Assembly (NCBI GenBank): GCA_964019335.1
Contig: OZ025727.1
Location: 186,001 to 250,000 of the forward strand
Source of the DNA: Diplonema japonicum
Lineage: Eukaryota; Protista; Euglenozoa: Diplonemea
Direction of reading: 5' to 3'
DNA length: 64,000 nt
This document shows positions 32,044-43,742 of the stretch, one piece after another. Made by a program: the position numbers and the translations under genes. How positions within the stretch are numbered: position 1 is the stretch's first letter; every line of letters starts with the position of its first letter. The notes beneath the pieces were generated by a model. It was not told where the DNA came from. It ran no database searches and was given only the letters and a program-made list of their open reading frames with translations.

Positions 32044-34819
32044 ATGTTGGGCACGCTGATAGGGCTCACTGTATGGTGCACAGCACACGACGGGCTTAGA
32101 GACTACCCAATTAAAGGGCGGACAGGACCGATATACCTGGACGGAACATGGGAAGCAAAGAGTGACAAGTCAACACATATGAACGCGGAGGTCCCGGGCG
32201 ACATCCTAACAGATCTCGAGAATGCAGGCCTGATAGGCGACCCGCTGTACGGAAACAACTTCAGAAAGAACGAAAAATGGGCGAATGAAACCTGGACTTA
32301 TACAAAGGTATTCATCCCCGACACCACTCTCCTAACCGACGGTGCAATGCTTGTATTCGAGGGTATTAAAATGTCCGCTTCGATTTCAGTCAACGGGCAG
32401 AAGATCGGACAAGCTCTCGATCAGTTTGTGAGGTACGAATTTATCGTAACAGGACACCTCATCGAGGGGGTGAACAACACAATCGAGGTGACATTTGACG
32501 GCGGTAAGCTCGATGGACGATGGATGGCCTGCACTGGCGGTTGGGACTGGGCACCTTATTCAGGAACAACGAATGAAAACGCAGATACATTCTCATATGG
32601 AATATGGAAATCCGTGTATTTTGTCGCAATCGGGAAGTTCGTGATCACACACGTGACACCCCATACTTTCTACAACGGCCCTTACCCTGTTGACCCGCTT
32701 ACCAATAAAACCCACGGTGGTTTCACAGTATCGGTTGGGGTTCATATATACGCCACGGAAACAAGGAACACAACCATAACAATAGGCGGGGTGTGGGACA
32801 CTGGTTCGGCGAGTTCAACAATTAAGTTAACGCTTCCGAAGGACAACTCCACCCACACTGTGAACATCACCGCCCCCCCCGGATCGGTTGGGTTGTGGTG
32901 GCCCAACGGTATGGGGTCCCGCCCCATGTATAACATATCTATCGTTGTCAACTCCGGCGGGCAGACAGTCCACGAAAAACGTCGTGTCGGGTTCCGTGTC
33001 ATCGCCTTGGTAACTGGCAACGACACTGATCCGAACTATGTTCGTGAAAGCATCAACGTGGACGGGACAAATAGAGGTTTTGGAATGCTGTTCAGAGTTA
33101 ACGGAGCGGTTATGTTCAACAGAGGCGGGAACATGATCCCGATGGAGGAGATGGAAGGCAGACAGACAACTAAAGCCTATCGTCAGCTTGTCATCTCCGC
33201 AGCCGAGGCAGGCATGAACACATTCCGAGTATGGGGCGGTGGGATCTTCTACCCAACAGCGTTCTACCATACATGTGACGAGCAAGGTATTGTTCTGTAC
33301 CACGACATGATGTACGCGCAGGCAGGGCATTCCCCGAAAGTGACCGCGACGCAGGATGCGGAAATTCGTCATCAGATCAGGCGGCTTTCCCACCATCCGT
33401 CCATCATGTTGTGGGATGGTTGCAATGAATGCCATGTTGTTATCGGGACCCCAACTGGAATCTACGCTACGTTCGTTATGACCATTGTTGTTCAGGAGGA
33501 CAGGAGCAGGATTGTGTGGCCGTCGTGTCCGGCTAACGGTTGGAGGACAGGGGTGCACAGGCTGACGTCGATCCCGAACGGTTCACCGTTGGGCCTCGAC
33601 CCCGTCATGTCCGCCGACGAGACGGACATCGAAACCCACGGTCCATACCAGCACGGGAACATCTTCCAGACCATCAACATGGGGCCCTTCTCCAACACGA
33701 CCGTCGCGATACCCCCCGTCATCGTGAAGGGGCAAAACGGACCGCAGTACCAAAACGTCTTCGCGTCTGAGTTCGGCACCGTTGTCATGTCCTCCTTCGA
33801 GTCGATGTCGCCTACATTGCACCCTGCCAACTGGGCACTACACGGAGGTGCACCCGAAGGGCAGTGCAACCCTGGTCAAGAGGAGCACAACGTCTGCACA
33901 GGCGACAACCCTATGCAGCAAAGGAACTATGGTTGCGATAATTTGATTTTAAAGCATTTTGGATGGGCGCAGGCGAACAACGATGCTTTGAACACAACGG
34001 GCGAGGCAGCGTTTAAAAAGCAACTGTACCTGTGCGCATTGGGGCAGGCGCTGGACATGAAAGCCAACATAGAACAGCGAAGGGCGACGAACCAGTTCGG
34101 GATCATCGTGTGGCAGCTGAACGAGATCTGGCCGACCGGCGGATGGGGCTCCCTCGAGTACGGGACGGCCGTTAAGGGGCAGGTTCTGGGCGGAAGATGG
34201 AAAATACTACACTATTTCTACAGGTCCGTTCTGTATAAGGACGTCATTGTGGCATGCGGCGCACAACAAACATGTTATGTCAAGAACAGTGGGATGCACA
34301 CTCTGCACGGGTTGGTCACCATAGAAAAGCTCAACGTCCTGACCGGCGAGAAGTTCCAGATTTTTAGCCAACAGTTGGACATGGCACCCAGCGGCAGTGC
34401 TGTGTACCTCACTGTGCCCTATGTCGACGCCGACAACGAGATCCTTCTCGGGACGGTGGTGGACACCAACACCAGTACGGTCGTGGCGTCTAATGTGTCG
34501 CCTCTTACTTACAGCAGGAACCTCAACCTGCAGAGACCTACCATTAAGATCATATCCGTGACCAACAGGGAGGACGGGAAGTTCGCCATCACCATCACCA
34601 CCGACAAGGTTGCGCTTTACGTAAGTTTCACAACACTCGCACAAGTATGCGTTTATAAAAAAAAAAAAAAAAAAAAAAAAACAGGGCCGCTTCTCTAAGA
34701 ACGCATTACTCTGCACCCCTGGGTCGAAGACAGTCCTGTTCATTCCGTTTTTGCCTAATCAGGAACAGGTGCTTAGAAGCTCGCTGAGGGTCGAGGACCT
34801 TGGGTCTTACATTGCGTGA
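32044..34819 (+). CDS. GH2 beta-mannosidase; join(32044..34644,34685..34819)
   Basis: Motifs GGWDW.P, GIWK, WWPNG.G, RVWGGG, WDGCNE, FASEFG, WQLNEIWP. Splicing gives TTLAQ|GRFSKNA, matching the conserved GRFSDN-type C-terminal motif. Confidence 0.93.
34645..34684 (+). other. 40-nt intron with pure A-tract before the acceptor
   Basis: GTATGCGTTTAT-A25-CAG. Removal restores the conserved mannosidase C-terminus. Confidence 0.88.
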
Positions 34820-34926
34820 CATTTCTTTTTTTTTTTTTTTTTTTTTATTTTCGCCGCTTTTCAGGAGGGAGAAGAAAAAAAAAAAGAAATTTTATACAAA
34901 AGATTACAAAAAAAAAAAAAAGAAAT

Positions 34927-35274
34927 ATGGGACTATGCTCAAGCAAGCAAGACGTAGAAACCACCCATCTCAACAAGAAGTATAATTATGGTTCGTCTTC
35001 CTCTGAAGGTTCGATTCCGGGCGCTTTTAAACAGGAATCTCTGAAGGCCCGACGGGGGGTCAGTGTGAAGTGTGTGAAGATTGACGCGAGAGACGTGGTT
35101 CCTCCCAGGTGGTGGACGGGACTTGACAAGCCAGTGAAGAGTGCAAAGTGGAAGGAAAGGATCGCGTTGCACGTTCGAAGAAGGGAGCGAAAATTCTTCT
35201 TGCTTGTTCTTGAAAAAAAGCAGCAACACTCCGCAAAGAAAATCCAGAGGTGGTGGCGGCGATGCTGCCACTAG
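34927..35274 (+). CDS. Small protein with probable N-myristoylation/palmitoylation and a C-terminal IQ motif
   Basis: MGLCSSK N-terminus and AKKIQRWWRR. Confidence 0.65.
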   Translation: MGLCSSKQDVETTHLNKKYNYGSSSSEGSIPGAFKQESLKARRGVSVKCVKIDARDVVPPRWWTGLDKPVKSAKWKERIALHVRRRERKFFLLVLEKKQQHSAKKIQRWWRRCCH

Positions 35275-35922
35275 GTTCACCCCCGATTTACACAATCATT
35301 CGCAAAAAGTTATTTTTCCCCCCCCCCTCCCCCTTCCAAATAGCCTTTTTTTTATATATATTCTTGAAAGAGCTAAAAGAAGAAGGAAAAAAAAAAAAAA
35401 CTTTTTTTTTTGTTACATTTATTTGAAAGAAAGAAGAGAACAGGAGAAAAAGAAAAAAGAAGAAAAAAAAGAAAAGATGCTTTCTTCTTTTTTTTTTTTT
35501 GACTCTTTTTTCTTTTTTTTTACCTTTTTTTTTTAAGACATCTTTTTTTATATTTCTATTGTCCCTTACCTCCTTCGAAGCCAGTGAGGTTCTCTACAAT
35601 TGGAGAAAAGGGGGAGAGGGGATGGTTTCTTTTCGTACTTTTCCTTTTTTTTTTTTTATATAAATTCCCAAAAGGCCATTGGAACAAGAAGCTTGAGTTC
35701 CCCTTCACCCTTTTTTTTTGTTTCTCCTTGTTTTTTTTTTTTTTTTTTTTTCTCTTTTTTTTTTTCTCTCTCTCTCTCTGCAAAGAACGAGTCTTTGACT
35801 TGTCTTATCAAAGAACGGACGGAGCGCATAACCAACGGTCAGAGAAAAGAGGAACGTTGGCTGCGTATATGAGGAGTTTTTTTTTTCTTTTTTTTTTTTC
35901 GCATGTACAAGAAAAACAATAT

Positions 35923-36904
35923 GAGCTCGTCCGGACGAAAATGTCAACACTTTTTTGGGCACCTCCGAAAATTTCTTGTTTTGATTATTTGAGCAAAAAA
36001 AGGGAGCCGTTCTTTCAATTGTGATGCTTGTTTTGCCATGAGGGTGGCAGGCTTTGCAACCGGCTGCCCCCGGGAAGCGAAAAATAGAGGTCAAAAAAAC
36101 GGCGGAAAATGTTTAAAATGCAGTTTAAAAGCTTAAAATGCAGCATCTAGGGTGCTTAAAATTGGTGTTCAAGCGCACTTGTGACCCCTGGTACAACCCA
36201 GGGTCGGGTTACTGTTAAAAGTACTTAGCGAAAAATATATGGCCGCCGCATGGCCCCCCGAAAATACGGTTTTTTACACCCTATTTTTTGGCTTTTTCAA
36301 GGGGTTCCCAAGGGATTTTGGCCTTTTTCAGAAAAACCAATTCTTAACACTTGCCTGCTCGCAGAGCTTTGGCATTGATATCTTTGGGGTCAAACTTTCA
36401 TTCTCACCCATCTGCTGAGGTTTTTCCTTTTCTTTTGCACTCATAATACTTCAAAAGTGAAAATTTTGCTTTTTTAAGGGGTTTTAAAGGGATTTTAGCC
36501 TTAAATAGGCCAAAATGGCACTTTAAGGGTAAGTTCTCCCCACCCCATTTTAATAGTGATTTAGAGTCCAGCCCACCCAAAATGACCCCAAAGGTTTCAC
36601 AGATTTTCAATCTGCGTCCATTCCTCCTGTCGCTTTTCACGGAAAAACGAAAATAAAAAATGGAGTCTGGGTTATTTGTAACTTCCAAATTGAAGTCGTT
36701 TGCCAAAAACCATCCTAAAAAACATGTTTTTGCACGTGCGTTTTAAAAATAAAACAAACGGCGAGCATTTTAGCCTTTATGGTGTTCAAGCTTAGACTGC
36801 ATTTCTGCACACAAAGTGGCGGACTACTTTTTTACTTAGAAATTTAACGGGGGTTTTCTGCCGCATGGAGGGTCATTTGTTGACATTTTTTTCCGGACGA
36901 GCTC
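35923..36904. mobile_element. Non-autonomous TIR transposon, ATAT TSD, copy 2
   Basis: ATAT|GAGCTCGTCCGGACGAAAATGTCAACA ... TGTTGACATTTTTTCCGGACGAGCTC|ATAT. Confidence 0.92.
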
Positions 36905-37017
36905 ATATAATCGATAATGAATTGTTGCTTATCCTTCTACAGGTTAACCCCGGTTGTGCACAAACAACAATCAACCTACTCTTTTTATCTTTTTTTTTTT
37001 TCATTTTCTTTTTTGTC

Positions 37018-37737
37018 AGGGAAAGGCTCGAAGGAACGCAGAGGTACCTGCTGGCGGTGGTGGGGGAGCGGGACGCAGCCCTACAAGCGAAGAGGCAGGA
37101 GGTGTACCACACACACCAGTGGCTGGAGATCACACAAGGTCAAGAACACCCAGTACCGTCGGACAAGGACTTCGGCAAGCTACCGGCAGGGGATGTCCTA
37201 CGGGAGTACACGAAGGAGGTGCTGAGGTGGATGCGGCAACTGCGCTGGTATGCAGGCAGCAGGAACACGTCAGTGTCCACGGTGGAGCTGGCACTGGATT
37301 TCGAGAACGTGACCGGGAAGACCCTTGGAGGGAAGCTGGGGGATCTCGCAGAAGTACAGCAGAAAGCGAGGAGATTGCATGGACTGATGAAGAAGATCTG
37401 GCACACATGGGAGCTAGGGAGGGTGCTGAAGAAGCTGAAAGGAAGGAGGGCCTTCCCAGCTGAGCCGAGCACAAGGGTGCACACACTACGATCCATCGGG
37501 AGGACAAAGGCGGTGATCGGATGGAACAGGAGGGCGATATTTGCATCAACGAAGACCAAGCATGACCTAGAGGCGTTGAAAAGACAATGGGCAAGAGAAC
37601 GAAGAGAAAGAGCGGCCAGGCTGGGGAGAAGGCCGGCAAGACCACCAAAGGAGAAACCGCTGCTGAAAGGGGATAGGTGCAGGTAGAAGATGAGAACAAG
37701 GGGGCGTCTCACAAAGACTTCCTTTAACTCATATATA
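37018..37737 (+). mobile_element. 5'-truncated LINE family A copy with 9-bp TSD
   Basis: Homologous to 61725-62448 with the same 3' hairpin/tail. TSD TTTTTTGTC at 37009-37017 and 37738-37746. Confidence 0.92.
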
Positions 37738-37772
37738 TTTTTTGTCTTTCTACATGTAACAGCTGATTTGTG

Positions 37773-37806
<34 letters not shown>

Positions 37807-38670
37807 GGTACGCAAAATAAAGCGTTTTTTTCTTGTTTTTTTTTCTTTTTTGATGTGTGACCAAACTGTCCCTTTTATTCCCAAAAAAAAAAAAGGAAAA
37901 AAAAAAAAAAGTTCTTCAGCAGAACGCACTCCAATAATAAGAGGAGTGTGTAACAACTCACCTGCCGAAAGTGAAACGGAGCGTCCCCCCCCCCCCCCCC
38001 CGAAAAGAGTAAACAAAACTTGTTGCCCTTTTGTTTTATTGTGTCATGTCATGATGAGGACGACGGGTCCGGGGGGGGTATCAAAAAAATGAGAACCTTC
38101 AGGGTGTCTTACAAAGGCACCCTTTTCTTTTTTAATTACATCCCATTTTCTTTCTCTCTCATTTTTTTTTTTTTTGTTTCTTTGCTATGGGAGCCCCCTG
38201 CAACAGGTTTTTCCTTTTTATGTGGCTGGAAAAAAAAAAAAGAAAAAAAGTCTTTATTTTAAAAGATAAAAATGTCACAGCGAAAAAAAAGTTCGTAGGG
38301 GCGCCTCGGTATATTGTTTTTTTTTTTTTTTTTTTTTTTTTTTGTATTTTGTTTCTCTTTTTTTTTTTTTTTTTTGTCCTATAAAAAAATCTATTATCGT
38401 TGTTGGACAAGCGCGCCGCACACAAAATAAAATGGAGCGTAAAAACTAGTTTTGTTTCTTCTTTTTTTTTTTTTTTTTTCTGGGAGGGGGAGAAAGGGTG
38501 TGGATTAAAAATCCATACCGTGCGCCCCCCCCCCCCCCACCCCCCCTTTTTTTTTTACACACATGCTTAACTTTAAAAAAAAGAATTCCCCCCCTCCTTT
38601 TTTTTTTCCCCCCCCCTTCCTACCCCTCGATCAACCAATACAAAAAAAAAGGGGAGAAACCAACAACAAA

Positions 38671-40170
38671 ATGTTATCCATGGTAACAACGGTAATGGCA
38701 GTGGGGCTGCTCGACCTGTCGCCTATGATAAGAGATGGAAGGTTCAAGGAGGCACAGGACATGGCAAGGGTTGCACTCCCAGGCCTCCCGAATCTTGAAA
38801 GCTACTCGGGGCACATTGAAGTCAACGCAACAAGTAACGCCAAAACCTTTTTCTGGTACTTCCCGCCCCTCAACGGAAACAAATCTGCCGAAACGCTTAT
38901 GTGGCTTCAAGGCGGACCTGGCTCCTCATCCCTTTTCGGTCTATTCAGCGAGATGGGCCCAATAACTGTCGACCCCACAGGACAAAAAGCCATCCCCAAC
39001 TATGAACTCTCATGGACTCGTACCTACGGAATGGTATTTGTGGACAACCCGGTAGGTGTTGGGTTCAGCACTTCTCAACCATCTGGATACGCGACAAACC
39101 GAGAGGATTACATGACAACTCTGTACGCGTTCACAAACCAATTCTTCCAGCTTTTCCCAGACCTTCAGAAGAACGATTTCTACGTGACGGGGGAGTCGTA
39201 CGCTGGGAAATATGTTCCGTCCCTTGCGTACAGAATCCATCAGGAAAACAACGCCGGCTCGCTTCCTAGAATCCCGCTCGCGGGTATTATAATCGGAGAT
39301 GGTCTGTGCGACCCCGGTACCATGGTGCAGCAGTACGCCCCGCTCACGGAGAAGCTTTCTTTGGTCGATTGGAACCAGGTCAAGGTTGTCGAGCAGTACG
39401 CGAACAAGATTGACAACGATATCGCAACGAAGCAGTGGGCAGACGCGTTTCATCAATTTGATCTTTTGATTAACGGTGATTTGTCGGGTGTCACACCGTA
39501 CCTTGCGAATGTCACGGGGTTTTCAAACTATTTCAATGCGTTGAGCCCGGTGTACCCGGCACAGCCGTTTGAGATTTACCTTAACAAACCTGAAATTCAA
39601 AAGGCGCTTCATGTCAACATGACATACACTTCATACAACAAAGGTGTTGAGATTGCGATTGTTAACGACGTTGCGCAGACCGTAAAGGACCTCTTCCCTA
39701 CACTGTTGGAGAACTACAGGTGTCTTTTGTATTCCGGGCAGTGGGATGTCATCGTGGGCGCGCCGTTGACAATCGCCTTCTTGAGGTCGATCAACTGGAG
39801 TGGGAAGAATGAGTTCGAGACAGCGAAAAGAAACATCTGGACTTCACGCAGCCCTGTTGCAGGTGTTATGGGTAAAATCCTCGGTTCTAACAACGTAGCT
39901 GGTTGGCAGACACATGCTAAAAACCTCGATTACGTAATTGTCCGAAACGCCGGGCACATGGTGCCGTCTGACCAGCCGCTTTGGGCCTTGGACATGGTTA
40001 CCAGGTTTATTAGAAGGATGCCTTTTGCCGGGCCTGTGCCTGCTGACCTTCCGAACCCCCAGCCCCCGCAGACCGTTGCGGAGACCCTCCGTGAATTGTC
40101 TGAAAGGTTCGTTTCTGGCGACATCAGCGAGGAGCAGTTCAAGTTGTTCAAGAGCAAGTTGTTGATGTAG
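38671..40170 (+). CDS. Serine carboxypeptidase S10 (CPVL-like) with C-terminal SHOCT-like tail
   Basis: Motifs WLQGGPGSSS, DNPVGVGFS, GESYAG (Ser), GQWD (Asp), AGHMVP (His). Tail LRELSERFVSGDISEEQFKLFKSKLL. Confidence 0.95.
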   Translation: MLSMVTTVMAVGLLDLSPMIRDGRFKEAQDMARVALPGLPNLESYSGHIEVNATSNAKTFFWYFPPLNGNKSAETLMWLQGGPGSSSLFGLFSEMGPITVDPTGQKAIPNYELSWTRTYGMVFVDNPVGVGFSTSQPSGYATNREDYMTTLYAFTNQFFQLFPDLQKNDFYVTGESYAGKYVPSLAYRIHQENNAGSLPRIPLAGIIIGDGLCDPGTMVQQYAPLTEKLSLVDWNQVKVVEQYANKIDNDIATKQWADAFHQFDLLINGDLSGVTPYLANVTGFSNYFNALSPVYPAQPFEIYLNKPEIQKALHVNMTYTSYNKGVEIAIVNDVAQTVKDLFPTLLENYRCLLYSGQWDVIVGAPLTIAFLRSINWSGKNEFETAKRNIWTSRSPVAGVMGKILGSNNVAGWQTHAKNLDYVIVRNAGHMVPSDQPLWALDMVTRFIRRMPFAGPVPADLPNPQPPQTVAETLRELSERFVSGDISEEQFKLFKSKLLM

Positions 40171-40767
40171 ATTGCATTTTTTTTTTCCCCCCCCCTTCAA
40201 GAGTGGTTTTGTATTTTTTTTTTCTTATATCGTTTTTGATCGTTTTCATTTTTTTTTCTTTTTTTTTTTTTTTTTTTTTCCACACACCTCCCGTAACCCC
40301 CCCCCCCCTACTAAAAACGTGACAAAAAAAAGAAGACACAGAGAAGGAAGTGGTGGGTAGAGGGGACAAAGAGAGAAATGGAAAAAAAAAAGAGATTCTT
40401 TTCTATGCTTTTATATTTTTTAAGGTTTTGCAAGAGAGAGAAGGGGGGGGGGGGGGGTTTCCCTTCTCTTTTTAGTTTTTTTTTCCGATACCTTTTCATT
40501 TATGCAGCTTTTTCTTTTGTTTCTCTCTCCCCCCCCATTCTCATCCTCCCTTTTTTTTAATGATTCTTCCATTTTTTTTTTTGACCTGCTTCTTTCTTCG
40601 CCCCCACCTCTTTCCGGTTTTTACCCAACCCCATGTGTCCATCAAATTAATATTTTTTTTTTTTTTTTTTATACGGGAGAAAAAAAAAAAAAAAAAGAAA
40701 AAAATCACATCAGGGAGGACGGAGGGGGGAGGGTGCGGGGGGAGGGGGAAAAAAAAAAAAAAAACCA

Positions 40768-41649
40768 ATGAAAACCCTGCTCCTGTCCAGCATGGTGCTG
40801 CTGGTTCTCGGCTACGACGCTGCAGCAATGGCAGCGCTGGAGGAACGCAACGCAGAAATCCTGGCTGCCCCCGGCGACGTGGAAGAAATCTGGTGTTTCA
40901 GCAACGATGACTGCAGACAACTAAGCGACGAATCGGCCACGTGTGAGTCAGGTATATGCAGCTGCACAGACAAAGAGGACACCACCCGGCTCTGCCAAGC
41001 CACCGAAAACCCCTTAAAAGAAGTATCCTATACTCTTTCATTCACCTTTGCAGATGTAGACTGTACTCTATACTTATCGGGAGTAGCGTCAACCGGATTT
41101 GAAAGAAGTTGTAAGGCGTTTCTATCAAGCAGGACGGACATGCTGCTTGTCACCTTCAACTTTGTATGTGGGTCGATTGTGTCTGTGATGGGTATTCGAA
41201 GCACAGCGGTGAATCTTGCTGCTGCCATCTCAGCTTTGAAAGATGAAATTGTCCGTCTTCAGGGTGCAGACCCTGTTCTTGCAGCGTCGAGTCTTTCCCT
41301 GACGGTAAGCGTCAATCCCTCGCAGTGCGCGATTGAAAATGCAGTTTCGACAACTCTTGTTGAAGGTGCGTGTTATCCTACACAATGTGCTCCGGGTTAT
41401 AAAATATCATCTAGTTCTTCAAAGCCTCCTGTTCATTCTTGTGTTTCTACTACTAACAACTCTGGTGATGATGCACTCTCTGACACTGTCATAGCTGGAA
41501 TTGTGCTTGCTGCTGTACTGTCAGGATTGGGTTTATGTGCTTTTGTGTTGTATGCATCGCACAATTTCGAGAAATCTTATGAAAAGCGTGTTGCGAAGGA
41601 TGTGGAGGGAGTAGAGTTTCATGAGAGTCCTAACGAACCTTATATGTAG
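40768..41649 (+). CDS. Type I membrane protein with Cys-rich (EGF/EB-like) and SEA-like extracellular modules
   Basis: Signal peptide, C-x4-C...C-x4-C-x-C, 'CGSIV' SEA-like motif, and a single TM (VIAGIVLAAVLSGLGLCAFVLY). Confidence 0.75.
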   Translation: MKTLLLSSMVLLVLGYDAAAMAALEERNAEILAAPGDVEEIWCFSNDDCRQLSDESATCESGICSCTDKEDTTRLCQATENPLKEVSYTLSFTFADVDCTLYLSGVASTGFERSCKAFLSSRTDMLLVTFNFVCGSIVSVMGIRSTAVNLAAAISALKDEIVRLQGADPVLAASSLSLTVSVNPSQCAIENAVSTTLVEGACYPTQCAPGYKISSSSSKPPVHSCVSTTNNSGDDALSDTVIAGIVLAAVLSGLGLCAFVLYASHNFEKSYEKRVAKDVEGVEFHESPNEPYM

Positions 41650-43742
41650 TTGCGCGCACGCCCCCCCCCGTGTGAAATTTTTTTTTAAAATTGTGAACAT
41701 AAAATAAAAATAAAAATAAAAATAAAATTAAAAAAAACCCTGTCTTATTGCACCCGGGGCATATATATATAGGTGGTGCGTGACTTTTTTCGCCATAGAG
41801 CAATTACCGAAAGCCCAAAAATCTTTAAGAGATGCATGGTAAAGGACTAACACAGAAGGTCGCCCACACTTGGAACGCTGACACTTATGGGTGCACGGGG
41901 TAGCAAGGCGAGGGGTCTTTTTAAAAAAAAAAAAAAAAAGAATTTGAATTTTCTTTCTGTATTTATCCCCCCCTTCTTTCTCATGCCTTTTCCCCTCAGC
42001 GTTTTTGTTGCTTTTTTTTTTTTTTTTTTCTTTTTTTTTTTCTTCTTCTTCCCATTTGGTTTACTTCTAAAGAAAAAGGGAATGAAAAAAAAAAAGGAAA
42101 AAAAAAAAAAAAAAGAAAAAACAAATCCCGCCCTCTTTTTTTTTTTTTTTTTTTTTTTGAGGCTGTCCTCAAGCGCTTTGAGGAATGTCTTTTTACTTTT
42201 TTTTTTTTTTCTTTTTTTCTTTCACTTTTAGATGAAGATTTTATTTTCTTTCTTTTTTTGTTAAAATGTAGAACGAATTAAAAAAAAAAAAAAAAAAATG
42301 TCGAAGGGAAAAAAAAGAAAACCCCGAAAAGGAAAAAAAAACCTGGAAAACTTTTCCTTTTCTGGGGATTCTTTTTTTTGTTTTGTTTTTGTTTTACAGT
42401 GTATTTTGTCTTTTTAGTTTACCAGAAAGACTGCCCTGACCATTATGGAATAAATATTTGTTAGTGATCATCCTGTCATCGGCGGGTCCTCTCACCCTAC
42501 CGTTATACGGAGAATGTTTAGTTATAGTCATTCTCCTTCTTCTTTTTTTTTTTTTGTTTACCGGTGAAAGAAAGTATGCTCTTTGATTTCCTTTTTTTAA
42601 CTTTTATTTCGCAAGGGCCAACAAAAAAAAAAAAAAATTGAACACTGGCGAAATTAAAATAAAAGAAAAACAAGATTATTTTGCCGACATCCGTTTTCTT
42701 CTTCTTCTTCTTTTTTTTTTTATGGTGTAAATGAGTTTTGTGTTTTTTTCTTTCTTTTTTTTTACCCTTTTTTTTTTTTTGATTCTGGTTATCCTTGTAA
42801 TTCTTTCCCTTATGTTTTCTTTTTTTTACAATCACTCTTTCAACGAACCTTTTAAATATCTCTTTTTTTCTTCCTTCTTCTTTTTATAACCTTCCACATT
42901 TTTTTACTTCTTCTTTTTTTTTTTTTTTTTTTTTTTTTGGCTTCCCCCTTTCCTCTTTTCCTTCCGAGGTAAATGCCGCTTGGCAAAACAAAAGGGGGGG
43001 GGGGGGGGGGAATGGAGGGGGGTGAGAAATGCGAAAAAAAGTTATCGTTCTTCTCTTCCGGCTCTCACCCACAATAAAAAAGAAGAGAAAAAATAACAGA
43101 ACAGGGTACTAGTTTGGTTTTCTTTCTTTGTTTTTTTCCTCTCTTTTTTTTTCTTTTTTCCTGACCGGTTTGAGGAAAGAACTAAGTTCCATGACAGTGC
43201 TGTCGAAATAGACTTCTCCATTAAGCTGGTCGGATAAACAAAAAAAAAAAATAACCTTATTGAAAAGGGTTTTGCCCCGTTCTGTTGTTTTTTTTTTTTT
43301 CTCAAAATTTGAAAAAAAAAGAAAAAAAGAACGATTTTCTAATTTCTATGGTGCCCCCCCCCCCCCCCCCCCCCTCCTTTCAAAAAAAAAAGTTAGATGC
43401 CGCCAGGCGGCAAAAAAAAAAAGTTGCTTTGTGGGGAAAAAAAAAATCAAGTTCATACACCATACCATGCTTTTCACTCGATGCTTTGCTCTCTTCTCCA
43501 TTTCTTCCGTAATCGCCGTTGCCAAGGTCTGCGCTATCCATACTGACCAGTACCAACCCATCGCAAGTACCATGCCGTTCTCAGTGTTGAAAGAAGTCTT
43601 TCAGCCCTCTCGCACCTACCTGGTAAAAACAACGATCTGCCATAAATTACTATACCCAACGTTACCAAATTTCTGGCCAAAAAAAAAAGGGGGGGGGGGG
43701 AGGGAAAGAGGGGGGGAGGGTGGAGTCCCTCAGTCAAATGTC

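Noticed and set aside
41887-43305. Numerous short poly-K/poly-F ORFs here and in other spacers
   Set aside because: These are translation artefacts of A/T homopolymer tracts.
43260-43742. N-terminal 161 aa of the 1974-aa ORF, including a complex-sequence island at 43450-43680
   Set aside because: It is largely homopolymer-derived (poly-K/F/P/G) and not channel-like. The island may be a decayed minus-strand TE fragment, but I cannot support an assignment.
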